Below are positions 9,428-22,255 of a DNA stretch of 64,000 nt, in pieces. Source of the DNA: Amphiscolops sp. MND2022 (Eukaryota); assembly GCA_964187785.1 (NCBI GenBank), contig OZ076417.1, positions 14,756,001-14,820,000 of the forward strand, given 5' to 3'. The translations under genes and the position numbers were made by a program. The notes under the pieces were generated by a model. The model made no database searches and was not told the DNA's origin. It saw nothing but the letters and a program-made list of their open reading frames with translations. How positions within the stretch are numbered: the stretch's first letter is position 1; each line of letters starts with the position of its first letter.

Positions 9428-10433
9428 GTCAACAACCCCTCGCAACAGCAGCTGCAGCAGCCTTACAGTTATGACCAAGGAGGAGGTCTGGGTCCAGAGC
9501 GAAACTACACAGGAGGACCCGGTTGCATGTCGCAACAGGGGACTCCTGCAATGGGCGACGATGGAGGTCGCTACAACGACTACTCTTTGATGGGGTCAAA
9601 CAGTAATAACCTTCTGTCTGCTCCCAATGCGGGTCCTAACAACGTGAACAGTTTGAGCAGAAGGGGCTCCTTTAACAACCCATCTGGCTATAATGCCCCT
9701 AATGCGAATTCGAATCCTTACAACTACCAATCTCAGCTAGCTGCTAACACAGGTGCTTCCATTGGCATGGACAAAAGTAACAATAACAGTAACATGCACG
9801 GGGGAGGAGGGTACAATTCGAACCCCAACTCCAACTTTGTTTCTCCTTCGCCCACTTCCAACAGTCTGTATGTACAACAGAATAATGTCAACAGTAACAA
9901 CATGCGCCAACAGTTCAGTCCTAGAGGTTCTTTCTCTTCTCTGAACCCCAATTCCTATGACCCCTCGGGTATGACCAATCAAAACCAGCAGCAGCAGAAC
10001 AGCAACAATTTCAACCAGAACAATATGCAGTCTCCTCAGTACGGTACACAGTCGCAATATCAGCAACAGCAGGGAGCCATGATGAATATGAACAGCGGGG
10101 GACCTGTGTCATCCATGAACGGTGCTGTGGGGGGTCTCAACCAGAACCAAAATCAAAACAACCAGGACAAGAACAACAACATAAACAACTATAACAACAT
10201 GAATAGTAATAATAATAATAATAACACTATAGCTAATAACAACCAGAACAATAATAGTAATACTAATAAGACGAGTACTGCATCTGGATTCATGGCCATG
10301 TTCAGCCAGAAAATTTTGCCAGTGGTGACTGGAAGTGTGAACAAAAATGCCTCTCCCAACAGACAGGCGCCCCAAACAGCCAACAATAGCAATCAGCTGC
10401 AGCCCCCTAATCAACAGTATCCTCAACCAACAG
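9428..10433 (+). CDS. Rim: RIM exon: N/Q-rich low-complexity region
   Basis: tttttag acceptor in frame with ORF 9527; donor CAG/GTACTC; phase 0 to 1. Confidence 0.8.
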
Positions 10434-11516
10434 GTACTCAATATCAACTGACATCCGAACTGCAAGTTTTTTACTTTATTACATGGACACATGGAAGTAC
10501 ATCGTGCTTTTTTTCAATCCGACCGAAGTAACCATGAAAATTCTACAAAATTCCAAATTGATTGAAAAAGACTACGTACCCATATTTTGACATGTACATT
10601 GGGATTGAAATGGATCTTTTTCGCTAAATTTCATTCTTCATTTGGGTTTTTTGGCACTGTTCGACTTTTTTGGGTGAGTTTTCACAAAAGGGTGAATAGT
10701 TGTTTGATAATTATGGTGATAAAACATTTTAAAAAGCTGGCCAAGAAAGCTCTTTTAAGCCCAAAGGGGCCCCAGTTTGGATTATTGGCACTATGAGATT
10801 GAGAGTTTTTTTCAGAAAAGATTCATTGACGTTTTGATGTACTTTTGCTCTGTTCGAGAAACTTTTGCCCACTTTTGAGAAAACGTGGCTGTCGGTCTAG
10901 AACAGAGTTTTGACACCGCTAATTAGCGTATCAGCTGAATTTTTCTGCGATTCAAATTAGAGGCAACTAATAGATAGTACAAATTCAAAATTTTTCTGAG
11001 TATACAGAGTTTCAATTTGAATTTCAAAAAAAATCCAACTCTTACCCTAGCAAAACACAGACAATATGAAAAATAAATGCAAAAACTGAAATTTTGTGCA
11101 AAAACTGAAATAAGTTACCATTTAATTTTACAACGCACTTGAAGTCAAACATTTAGTAATTTGAAGGAAGTTTTTCAGCGAAAGATGAATCATACTTAAA
11201 CGTAAAAATTTACTGTCTCAAAAGCTTCGTTTATTTCCACTGAGACTCATCCCGTTTAATGAGTTAACTGATGAACTACCAAGTGAGGTGAAATATATGA
11301 GTACTAAACTTGAATTCAGAAAAACATCAAATTCCGTTAGAAAATTCAAGTTACCAGTGCCTGTCTTCTCGTTTTTATCAAGTATGGTGATTTTTAATTT
11401 GTGTATCAGTTAATCCGTACACTGCCGGTTTTTTTAAATGAAAAATTTTGTATCATTTTAAATTGGGAATTCAGAGTTTTTTTAAAAAAGGAAAACATGT
11501 TTTATGTAATTTCCAG

Positions 11517-11716
11517 GTGCCTATCTGAACCCTCAGCAACAGCCCTTGTCAGTGCATGGTGGGGGAGGGGCCTATTCCAACAGACCCATGGTGCCCCCAC
11601 GAAGAGGCTTGGGTCACCCGAGGGGAGGTCCCCCCAACTTCTACAGGAGACCAGGTGCCGGGGGCTACGGACCCAGAATGAGACACCCTTACCCTAATGA
11701 CCCAAACAACCCTCAG
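11517..11716 (+). CDS. Rim: RIM exon: P/G/R-rich
   Basis: ttccag / CAG-GTAACC; phase 1 to 0. Confidence 0.8.
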
Positions 11717-12205
11717 GTAACCATCCGTACACACACGTTTTACAAAGATGTCTAGCTTTTCGTTGGCTTTATTTCACAATGAAGCAATTGTTAGCAGGTT
11801 TTGTTCTAAAAAGTTTGCAGCCCAATTGTCTGATTTTTAATTCCGAAGTTCTGGAATCAATAGCCAATCAGTTCTTCGAATTTTTGTTGTCAGAAAATTT
11901 TTTAATGGTTTTCAGTCGACGCTAATTGAAATATAAACCAGCTATTATATATGACTTTTCGTCTGTGTTTTTTCAGTTCACTCGAATTAACCAAAAAAGT
12001 GTACAGAGTTCTAGTTTTTGCCCAAGAAGTTAAAAGCATCCGAAGCGACCAAAGGGACATCCTTTGAAGACGTTTCATTTTAACTTAATCTACAAAGCTG
12101 TAAGAGACCAAAGGGTCTCCGTTAGGGTTATTGTGAATTTTTGCTTATCAAATTGTTCCCAATTTGGCTTTTAATGTTTTCTGTAGTTAGAAAAAAAGCC
12201 TGAAA

Positions 12206-12292
12206 TTCAAATATTTTGGATCTTTTGAGCGCCTGGGGTTCAAATGTTTTGGATCTTTTGAGCGCCTGGGGTTCAAATATTTTGGATCTTTT
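12206..12292. repeat. 33-bp minisatellite, ~2.6 copies
   Basis: Unit ttcaaatattttggatcttttgagcgcctgggg. Confidence 0.9.
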
Positions 12293-12621
12293 GGGTACGA
12301 AAGATTTCTCAGAACCTATTAGAAACCCCACTCGAGCAAATGTAGTTAAGAGACTCTGCTCTTTTTGAACCATAATCGAGCGCGGACTTGTCAAACTTAC
12401 AAAAAGCCGACATTGTTCGGAACATCGGATCTTTTCAACGGATATGATACTCATATTATTCTTCAGTAGTTTTGTTATTTTCATGTCGCAAAAACTGTCA
12501 TAGAGCCTCAAATGCTTATAACCTTTTTAGAGGACAGTAACCACAACTTCTAATTGACAATTATGAACGTTCAGTTTTCTACATTTATTTAGAGCGTTTC
12601 TTTTCACGTGATTAATTTTAG

Positions 12622-12862
12622 GGTATGAGACGAGGAGGCAGACGGGGCGGTTTCGTGGGCCCCGGGGGAGTAGGCATGCCCTACAGAGGGGCCTCTTTCA
12701 GCTCCGTGCCCAACTCTCCCAGCAACGCCCAACTGAGGAAGGGTTCTGCGCCTTCTTACGTCACTAGTGGCAACATGGGTCCTGCCAACTATCAGTATGA
12801 CCAAGACAGTGGCAACTATCACATGCAACAGGACTACCCGCCCAATTCTCAGTACACCCATG
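12622..12862 (+). CDS. Rim: RIM exon: RGG/Y-rich
   Basis: ttttag / G-GTTGGT; phase 0 to 1. Confidence 0.78.
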
Positions 12863-13837
12863 GTTGGTAGTCAATGTCCGTTGGTTGTTTGTCCCTTCAC
12901 TGGGTTGGCAGAAATGGAAATAAAAGTTGAAAATACTAGCGCGAAAGAAACACGTTTTGAAAACTATTGTAAAAGATGGTTTTCTTCGAACAATTTTTTC
13001 TTCAGCTTTGAGTGGATGCTTTGAGAAGACTTTGAATATTTCACATAATTGATATGATTTGCAGCGGCGAGAATATAATATTTGGGTTGGCCTTGGAAGA
13101 TAAATTCTCTCAACTATGAGAATGATATACTGTACTCTAAATGGCCGTCTCGGTGTCTTGAAATATCGGAAACTATCCTTTTTTGAATATTTTTTTGAAT
13201 TAAATTATTATAAAAAAACATAATAATCACCAGCTGAAAAAACAAGGGTTTTGTAACCATGATGAAAAAGCATCAAATCTTCGTAGTTTAAAGTGGTTTA
13301 GAGAAGGGCTTCATTTTTATAACCCTATGTATGTACACACAGTGTTGTGCGAAAGATACATAAAAAGTTGAATAGAGTTGATGCATGGATGCTTGAAATC
13401 ATCTGAAGATTTCGATTTTCTGTGGCAACAAGTTTAAAAAGTTTTCCCGAGCTCATTTGCCCCAATATGGAAGTTCGAAAATCCTAAGCTTTTGTAATAA
13501 ACAAATTTTGCTGTGGTTATAACCCCTTAAAAGTTGTCAAATCAATACAAACTGTTATCTTAATACGTATGAAGATTAATTCGATAAATCGGATTATTAC
13601 TGTGTTGCGGTTTCCAATCTGCACGAATATTTTAGAACTTCTGTATTTGTGATTTCAAAGTGGGTTTAATTTCCCATCTTTTCACAGATCAGATTTTATT
13701 ATATTTGATGTGCATAGCGTTCTTTGATATTATTTTCCGCCCACACAACTTATTGCGTAGGATAGGAGGAAAATCACCATTTGTGTAGCGTTTTTTTTCA
13801 AATTGTGCCAAAAATCTACTTTGTTTGTTAGTTACGA

Positions 13838-13957
13838 TGCCGTGCAGCTAGGAAGTAGATCATGGGTTCGAACCCGGGTTTGAGGCTTTTTTTGGTCGCT
13901 CGACCTGAACACATTTTAGGGCGGAAAATATCCCTCTTCATGGCGGGCGTCTTGTTT
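13838..13957 (+). mobile_element. tRNA-headed SINE-like element
   Basis: B box GGTTCGAACCC; body ggcggaaa.tatc...gcgggcgtcttg shared with the reverse copy at 38372-38492. Confidence 0.6.
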
Positions 13958-13959
13958 AG

Positions 13960-14224
13960 GGGGCAATTCTCAGTACTACTACGAGGACGGTGGCGGGGGC
14001 TCGTCCTACACGCCTTACACCCGCCACGGAAGCCTCACGGGCACAGGACTAGACAACAACACCATGTGGGGAGACAGTGCCGGTGGGGATGGGGTGAGAA
14101 GAAGTGGCTTCTCCTCCCGTTCCCAGCTGGACAAGAGAGACTCCTTCAGTTCCGATGTCTCCGGAAGCGGCGAAATGAGACCCAACTCAGCCGCCACCAC
14201 TTCCAGAACGCACCATACCAGAAG
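13960..14224 (+). CDS. Rim: RIM exon containing KRDSFSSDVSGSGEMRP
   Basis: Similar to the RIM1 motif RNDSLSSDQSESVRP; AG/GTGAGT donor; phase 1 to 2. Confidence 0.85.
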
Positions 14225-14358
14225 GTGAGTTTTCATTTTTTTTCGTTTTCTCAAGAAATGAAAATCTTGGCTTTAGCATGTTAATTTTCAAAACGTTTCA
14301 CACTTTCTGCCAAGAGCTACTAGAAGCCCTGGTGGAAAGCTCGAAAGTACTTTGCTCT

Positions 14359-14443
14359 TGGCCTAAAGGTTAATGTGCGTTTCTCTGCCTGGTGACAGGA
14401 CTGGGAAGCAGGAGTTCGTGGGTTCGAGTCAAGCGCTAGACCC
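14359..14443 (+). repeat. tRNA-derived (SINE head) sequence
   Basis: A-box-like TGGCCTAAAGG; B box GGTTCGAGTC. Confidence 0.45.
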
Positions 14444-15045
14444 AAATTTTTCAATGCTCTCAAGTGTAGAAAATGCGCTGGACGTTTTTTGAATATTCTT
14501 TGTTAAGGAAAAACGTTTCTCGAATCAGGGTGGCCTCTTTGACAATTTTTTGGAAACGTGAAATGGTGTTGAACTTCTGTATCTTTTCAAACTGACCTAC
14601 GATAATACCGATTCTCTGAAATGTCGATTGAAAAAGCGGATCATCTCCGAAGTTTACTAGATCCTTTAAAAGGTTTTGCCAGGAAAGTGGGGTATAACAC
14701 GATAAAAATAGCGCCAAATCCGACTTTTCATGTTTTATCCTTATGATTTTACATTTCGCCAGGAACGGTCATTCGAATTTTGTATCTTCTCAATTTGAAC
14801 AGTGGATAAATTAACTGAAAGATCTGAATCAAACAAGGACCTCCTGTATGCCTTTTATTACCTTGTTTCAGAACACATTGGTTTTAACTTGATAAATGAA
14901 GATGAGACTGATTGTGCACTGAATATATACTTCTGTTAACATATATATTTATCCTCTGACACTTTTTGTAAAAGATGCTCCAATTTCTTTTTGTTTTCGA
15001 ACGTCCCATGTGGACAACGAAGTAATCTGAATTCGTCTTCTTCAG

Positions 15046-15476
15046 GTCCAGTTCCCGTCACTCAACGGGCGGTGTCGGAGGAGGCCTAAGTGGGGGCAGA
15101 GAGACAACACGCAACAGACGAAGCAGCAGTTTCGGCTACAATGCCTCCAAGTCCTCCTCTCAGGACCGAGCCGCAACTGGGTGGACTCGGACTACAACGG
15201 GAGGCGGAGTGGACAGCTGGGGAGGTACTACCACCTCAACAGGCGTTGGTCTCCAGCCGGGGTACTCTTTGAGCAGTAGTGAAGATGATGTGAGATCCAC
15301 AACAGAATATTCAAGTGCTGCCGAAGATGTTCACCCTGGCGACAGTGTGGTACTATTGGACCAAACATTGACCAATCCCTCCGCCCTGCTCGACTTGGAT
15401 TTCTACGACGAGGATGACGATTTCGATGACGACAGCGAATACCAGTTCAGTGTACACTCGCACGACTCGTCACATG
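15046..15476 (+). CDS. Rim: RIM exon containing LSSSEDDVRSTTEYSS
   Basis: Similar to RIM1 VSSSEEEGVSTPEYTS; ttcag / G-GTAAGA; phase 2 to 1. Confidence 0.88.
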
Positions 15477-16063
15477 GTAAGAGAAATGACGTCATATGAC
15501 GTCAACAGTAGCTTCGCGTATTATTAAACTCGGATCTTTTCTGTTAATCTCCCCATGGAAAACTCGAAGATTTCAATGCCCTCATATGGGAGATGAGTTT
15601 CAGTTGCAGTTACTTATAAAATACTTCAATTTGATTGGTTGTTATATTAATTCAATAATAATATCACTTGACTGCTTAACTGGGGAATTATATTGGTGGG
15701 GGATTAACAGACAAGATCCACAACTTCTAAACTCACCTCCATTCTAACCACTTTTTTCAGGCATTATCGCTCACGACAACCGCTTAACAAAACCGTTTTT
15801 TCCATGTTATGTGGAGATGTTAAGCTGTAGTTATGGACCATGTGGAAGTATTTAGTTTTAACTTATGATTCACAGTCGTGAAGAATGTTACAGTTTGCAT
15901 AATCCTCGCTGTCGATAACATTTTTTTTCAAAATTGACATTTTCTTCTTCATTATTCAATTTCGGCGCTGTACGATACTCCCAAGACTTAGACTTACAAT
16001 CTCCTTACTCGTGGTCATAAAGATGTTGGAATCAATTATCTGTTTTTGATGCTGTTTTTAGTC

Positions 16064-16570
16064 GGCGCTTTTATTAATAAAAGAGCCCGACTATTACAGT
16101 CACTCGTTTTGTTTTTTATTTAAGACAGACTCGAAGCGACGAACGTTAAAATTAACGTTCAACCACTAAATACTAAACTACTGGACCGGCAAACGGGGAG
16201 CGCATTTAGGATAGTGCAAAGGGTCCCCCTTTCAGTTACTCCATTTTTATCGTAATATACAAAACAGGACGACACTATAGGGTTTGAGTTTTTTTCGGCA
16301 CTGTACGACATTTTTTTCGAAATTTTTTTTGTCTCCAAAGGGTCCTCCTTTAAGTTTTTTGATATTTTACAGCAAATTGAAGTTTCAAAAAGCCCAAAGG
16401 GTCTCCCCTTTCAAGTTTTTCGGCACTATGAGACTGGCTCAAAATTCTTATTTTTCGATTTTTTGTTTTTTTTTCAAAAAAACCCAAAGTGTCCCCCTTT
16501 TACAATTTCAAAAAGTTTCAGCTTTTTGAGCCTTAGATATGGCGCCGACTTTAGACGTTCCCGTCTTGTT
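16064..16570 (+). mobile_element. Helentron-like element, subtype 2
   Basis: 5' hairpin AGTCGG-cgc-TTTTATTAATAAAA-gagc-CCGACT; 3' GCGCCGACT then AGACG-ttcc-CGTCT-tgtt. Confidence 0.75.
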
Positions 16571-16599
16571 GGATTTGAAGCTAAACACCTGTATTATTA

Positions 16600-16890
16600 T
16601 TTCTGCGGTAGCAGGAATATTATTGAACTCTACTTTTTTTCAGTAAAATTCTTCGCATGATACTGAATAATTCTGATATTTTGTTCGGCAGTGAGTATAA
16701 GCGTGAGATTTAAATTTCTCAAGCTGCCGACAACAATTCAGTTCTCGTGCGATGGAAGGAGCGAGTGGTAAATTTGCATTCGTACGCTGACGTCATTGAG
16801 ATGAAGCGAATAAGTGTTAATTATTCGTTCTCGAAGAGCTTCGCCTGCTTTCAAATGCGAATGCGAAACTTCGTCTACGCTTAGTAGTTA
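16600..16890 (+). repeat. Dispersed ~300-bp repeat (second copy ~49430-49780, diverged copy ~48200-48330)
   Basis: Shared ttgttcggcagtgagtata..cgtgagatttaaatttctcaagctgccgacaacaattc and gcgaatgcgaaac...ctacgcttagtagtta. Confidence 0.8.
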
Positions 16891-16989
16891 TTGCACATGA
16901 CGAAGTCAATGTGCATTGCAGTCCAGCTAAGAAAGTTTTTTTTTCCACAATAGTCAACTTCATAATGAGCGCCTTTTAGACAAAAGCCA

Positions 16990-17060
16990 AAACCCCAGAG
17001 AGATTCGAACCTGCAGCCTCCCGATTGCACGGCATAAGTGTTGACCACTGTGCCATAGGG
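16990..17060 (-). repeat. tRNA-derived SINE head or pseudo-tRNA
   Basis: A box TGGCACAGTGG; B box GGTTCGAATC; stems do not pair cleanly. Confidence 0.55.
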
Positions 17061-17239
17061 ACGTTATTGAACAAAGTTGAACTGTTGAATATATACGCAT
17101 GCGATTAAAATAATATATATACGCATATTAAAATAATGTCTTCGTCATGTGTTGCGAAGCACCGCTTCGCCTCTGTGTATTTGCTTTAGTCCGACATTTA
17201 AAGGCGGTATAAACTGGTACTGTGATTAATGATTATGTA

Positions 17240-17520
17240 CCAAATAACATAAGAGCAAATAACATAAAAACAAAATTAGCTTCAAATAACAAAATTGAAA
17301 TTAGTTACTAATAACATAAAAATAAAACTGAATACCCGGTTAAACAATCGAAAATTTTATTTGTAATTTGCCCTTTTTTCAGTGAATCTTTTGAATTGTG
17401 AATGTTTTTGACCACTAAAACTTTCTCGAAAACAATTTTTTCATGTTAAGTGAAACTCATTTCATCTTTGTTATTTGAAACTAATTTCAGTTTTATGTTA
17501 TTTGCTCTTATGTTATTTGG
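17240..17520. mobile_element. MITE with ~52-bp inverted repeats
   Basis: ccaaataacataagagcaaataacataaaa... and its reverse complement at 17468-17520; TGATTAAT occurs on both flanks. Confidence 0.7.
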
Positions 17521-17883
17521 GAATTCACCTGATTAATTAAGCACTAAATAATGATTAAACAGTAGTGTATTGATATTCCAGATATGATTCTATTATTAAT
17601 GAAATATTAAAGCAGAAATGATAGTGTGCCCCGGAGGGGCATATTTTTTTTATTTGATTACAAGCCGGCAATATGAGAAACTTTGTAGCTTTTCCTACGG
17701 AAATCTAAAATTTCCAACAAAGCTACAAAAATTCTTCGATACTGATAGAACCGTAACCAGAGTGCTTCGCTGCCCAGTGACTATGCAATGTTAAAGGGTG
17801 AAAGACGGCGAATAACGCGAGTGTTTGTATGTATGTATGTATAAGTTGTAAATTGGGATGGTTTGTTGGTGCTGCTGGTGCAG

Positions 17884-17957
17884 GAGGCTGGATAGAGTCA
17901 GCGCTGGACGAAGAAGGCGCAGCTGCCGCCGCCGTCCTTTCCTCTGCCGCAGTCAAA
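17884..17957 (+). CDS. Rim: RIM small exon (GGWIESALDEEGAAAAAVLSSAAVK)
   Basis: Provides the phase 1 to 0 bridge needed between the neighbouring exons; gcag / AAA-GTAGGG; GC-rich island in AT-rich intron. Confidence 0.65.
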
Positions 17958-19092
17958 GTAGGGCATCGCCACATGACGTCACTCCAACACCCCTAAACCC
18001 CCCACCCCGCGCGCCAGTCCCTCCTGTCACAATCTGTTCCGTTGCATGTTTTAGAAACGACCCTCTTGATTGCATAAGTTAAGTTAGGCCAAAGCTGTCA
18101 TTGAACATTCGAATATTCATTTAGACATATACCTATACCAGTCGGACTCAAAAAATTTTGCAAATCTCTCCCTCACATCGCTGGTGGGAATGTTTTTGAA
18201 ATTGGTTCAGGGGAATCCGCCTAATTCGTATCGCTAGGGACAGGATAAAACGTTACGAACTAACCGGATGATAATGCATTTGTCTCCACGAAATGGAGAT
18301 CCCAGATACAACATATTAACCAATTAAAGGAAGATCTGAAATATGTGGATAGTAATTAACCAAAGTTTACTGTACTATCAATGGAATGTGAAATTGAATT
18401 ACCGAAATGTGAACAAATAGAGGGGTTCTTTTGCAGTTTTGACGGTCGTTTCTAAACTATTCAGCGTCGTATGCTACACCTGATCTAAATAAGTCATAGA
18501 AAACATTGACGCCCCCCAAAAAGGACTTCCTTCCACTGTTATGACCCTCCTCCCTTCTAGCTTTAGTGCCGTCCATTTGTGTGTTCTGTAGTTTGTTCAC
18601 CCCTGTATCACATGGCCCTTTTTTACATTTGCATGATGAGAGTGTATAAAGTGTTCTACGTCGCGATTGAAACTTTTTCTGCTATTGAAAAGTTTTCGAT
18701 CGGTTGGAAAATAATGAAAACATCTCATTTCTTCAAGTTGTTTTAAATGTTGTTCGACTCTCAATCTTGAATTGTCTAAGTTGTTGGGCGTGATAGTTTT
18801 TTTCACCTTCCAGGCACATCATTAGCGGAAATAACAATTTCTTCTTTTGGAAGTTCGAATACTTTTTGGTCACGTGTATTTGGCATGATTAGAACCATTG
18901 ATCAAAGTCAAAATTACTGCTTTCGTAATAGGTGATTTTCGAGTGAATTAAAGTTCATTTTCACGACTAAAGAAAAAATTTTTTGAAGGATTATAAGATG
19001 TCGTCCAGTTTATGTATTTTTTTCCTCCAACAATAAAATGCCGATTATCTACTGTTAGAAAATAGTTTTCTCGTCGTGTGCAGAAGCATTTG

Positions 19093-19545
19093 CCTCTAGT
19101 TTGTATTTGATGTTTAGTTGACTTCTGAAAGTGTTTTGATTTTGGGTTTCGTGATCTTCAGCTGAATACAATATTAGCACGGTGCCTTTTGTCTCATACT
19201 TTATCGGGTCTTTCAACTAGATGCTCGAAATTTTTGCAATAGTTATTTGCTAGAAAGCAACGTTTTAGAAATTGACAGTAAAAGTTGCGCAACTTCTTTC
19301 AAGGTATAGAACTTTGTCTTTTAGTCTCAAACATAATCTATTGCAAAAATTTCGATATATGTATAAGACAAAAGGCACCGTGCTAATATTGTATTCAGCT
19401 GAAGATCACGAACCCCAAAATCAAAACACTTTCAGAAGTCACCTAAACATTATATTTGAGACTAAACGACAAAGTTCCATACCTTGCAAGAAGTTGCGCA
19501 ACTTTTACTGTCAATTTCTAAAACGTTGCTTTCTAGCAAATAACT
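19093..19545. repeat. Nested long inverted repeats (fold-back)
   Basis: ~19105-19200 is the reverse complement of ~19363-19460; ~19241-19340 is the reverse complement of ~19450-19545. Confidence 0.85.
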
Positions 19546-20276
19546 CTTTTCGAATGGTTCAATCGTGGGCAATTGAATTCACTGTTTTTCTCGGGTGATT
19601 AAATGCCATCCGTATTCTTTTAGGGCATGTTGCATGCAAAGTTTTCACATGATTACGTTGTATAATTAGATTGATTTGAGAAGTAGACATTGATTTGGCT
19701 CATATTTTAGTCAGGCATATGGCTTTCGGTTATCTCGGAACTTTATTGACATAAAACTGGAAAAGCTAGGAGATGTTTTAGATATTGCATCAATGTTTTT
19801 CACTTTAAGCCTAATGTCATAGCCGTCTGTGAAATTCGACCATTTATGATTCCATTTTTTCTTATATTTGTGCGATTTTGATTAAAACTCCTGAGCGTGT
19901 TTCACAAACTTTGCGTTTTTTGAGCTGTAATCAGGACGCCGATTTCAGAAGTTTCCGTTTTGTTAAATTTTCACCTGACACTTAATTTAGCTTTGATTGC
20001 AATTTTTTGAGCTGCATGAAATCGTCAGTTTGTTTTTTTTTGTGTTCAAGCTTATTTGTCCAGACCATTGCCTAAACAACTATGGTTTTAAGTGAAACTT
20101 ATCAGTTTCCTAATCGGGCTGTAGCTTGTTTTTTTTTAAAAAAAATAAAAAAACAGCTGTCTGTACGAGCGAATGTGCAGGTTTGAATCCTGCGAATTCT
20201 ATATGCTTGCTGTGTCAGCGTGCGTGATTACACCAGATTGGATGATTTTTTTAATCATTCCGGATCTGTTGTTTAG

Positions 20277-20511
20277 CCGTCTGTGCACTGGCTACCCGAT
20301 CCAGAGACTAACAACCTCATCGGTCGCATGGTGTTGCCAAGGACCAGTAGAGGACACGGAGAACTGGGTCTGAAGGTGAAGGGCGGCCAAGTGATGGGGC
20401 CTGCAGGGGGTCTGTTTGGAGCTGCAGCGGGTCTCGCTCCTCAGTTGGGTGCATTCGTCATGAGTGTGAAGCCCGGTTCATGTGCCGATCTCATCGGCAT
20501 GCTCAGGCCAG
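20277..20511 (+). CDS. Rim: RIM PDZ domain, exon 1
   Basis: VHWLPDPETNNLIGRMVL...LGLKVKGG...LGAFVMSVKPGSCADLIGMLRPG matches the RIM PDZ. Confidence 0.95.
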
Positions 20512-20520
20512 GTGAGAAGA

Positions 20521-20665
20521 TTTTTATCCGCCTATATGAGTATGCCTTGTTTTATCCGCCCATATGAGCGTGCCTTGTTATTATCCGCCCATATGAGCAT
20601 GCTTGTTATTATCCGCCCATATGAGCATGCCTTATTTTTCGCCCATATGAAGGTGCCTTATTCGC
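20521..20665. repeat. ~28-bp minisatellite, ~5 copies
   Basis: ttatccgcccatatgagcatgccttg-type units. Confidence 0.9.
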
Positions 20666-21185
20666 TTATATCACTCGTGTTGTTGAAATGATTCAATGCT
20701 GGGAATATTCCAGTGCTTTGCGGGCATCTTGTTTTTGTTGGACGGAAATAAGAGTTATTTCATACATTCTCCAACCTGGGAATAGTTTTATTTACAACTG
20801 ACTGGCTGTAAATTTAAAAACAAATTGGATTTTATTGCCATCGAGATTTGAGATTCTGTGTCATTTTGGTCTATGTAATTAAAATTTCCGTGGTCTCAAT
20901 GACTTCATCTTACTTTCACCTATGTTGATTTGACGTACAATATAATTCCTAGATGTATCTGGCAATCTAGCTCATGGCTATTCAAAAATTATTGGGAGGC
21001 TGTAAACTTGGTCCAAAGTAAAGTGGTCTGTTGCACTGCTGCTCAGGAATGAGGATTATCGGGCAATGCGTCTTTGAAAGGTTTTATGGTACAGTGTAAT
21101 GCATATTGTTGTTGAACCAAGTTGTTCACTTTAGCAGATTCCAGATAAATTATTACTATCATTATAATTGCATTCTGTTGTGCAG

Positions 21186-21309
21186 GGGATGAGGTGGTAG
21201 AGTGGAATGGGTGTGAGTTGAGGGGGCTGACCAAAGAGGAGGTGACTGAAATCATCCTGGAGTCCAGACGAAGACACCCTCATCACGTCCAGCTACTCAT
21301 CTGCAGGAG
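21186..21309 (+). CDS. Rim: RIM PDZ domain, exon 2
   Basis: DEVVEWNGCELRGLTKEEVTEIILES matches RIM1 DEVLEWNG...EEVYNIILES; not in the ORF track. Confidence 0.93.
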
Positions 21310-21904
21310 GTACAGTTAATCATCATCATCTCAAAGTCATCTGTAAGAGCATCTTTTCCATCAACTTGACTAGTTCGGAGTTGTGAAACCACCTGGGTAG
21401 ATTGGTTTGTGCAATGATCTCTGTTGAGGAGTCAACTGATCTCGGAATTTCGGCGAATCGAATTTTAGCCCATTTATCATTCTCATTGATAGTTGAATAC
21501 GTTGTTGCGAGATTCATAAAAAAAGGACGAAAAGACTTATTCAAGACGCTAAGTCTTTTTTGTACTGCAGAGGTATCTGGGGGACTGTTGTTCTCAAGAT
21601 CAGACAATGTCATGACATTCCAAAACTGGAAACTTCTAGCCTTTTCCCACACACACGTTATAAAGAATCGTTTTTAACCTAGTTTTGTGTACTAAAAGCA
21701 CTTTTTAACCATTCTAAATTCCAAAAACACTAATTCACATTATTTTGTTGAAGTTACACGATATCACACACTCAGCTACCAATTTATGACAAAATTTCAA
21801 TATTTCAGCATAATTTCATAGATATGGTGGGAAAAGGAAAAGTTCTATTTCTGCATTATTTTTCCTGCTCCAAATGCTGTTCATTAACTCGCTATTGTTT
21901 TCAG

Positions 21905-22255
21905 AGACATAGACGTCCCAGTAGCTCTTCCATTCGACAACCCCTTGCCCGATGTTTCCGTGGGCGGGGGCAGTCACAAGTCCTCGCTGGGGGGCTCCAG
22001 CACTGGTGTGGGCGGGGGAGGGGTCATAGTGCCTGTTCTGCAAGACGAGATAGCTGCGTGTGTGGGGGCCAAGCTGCAGTTGAAGCTGTGGTACGACAAA
22101 GTCAACTCCCAACTCATCATCACTGTGATCGGGGCCTTCGAACTGTCTCCCAGAGAACAGCCTCCGCCTTCTCTCTCTGCGCTGGACGACAGAATGGAGA
22201 GCAGAGGCGACAGGAGGAATGTCTACGTCAAGATACATCTGCTGCCTCACAGAAG
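21905..22255 (+). CDS. Rim: RIM C2A domain, exon 1
   Basis: KLQLKLWYDKVNSQLIITV...RNVYVKIHLLPHR. Confidence 0.95.

Noticed and set aside
15761-15847. Possible extra RIM cassette exon after ttttttcag
   Set aside because: No convincing donor and no RIM similarity.
12206-20665. Short tandem arrays as CRISPR-like
   Set aside because: Contiguous units without unique spacers, in eukaryotic introns, with no cas genes.
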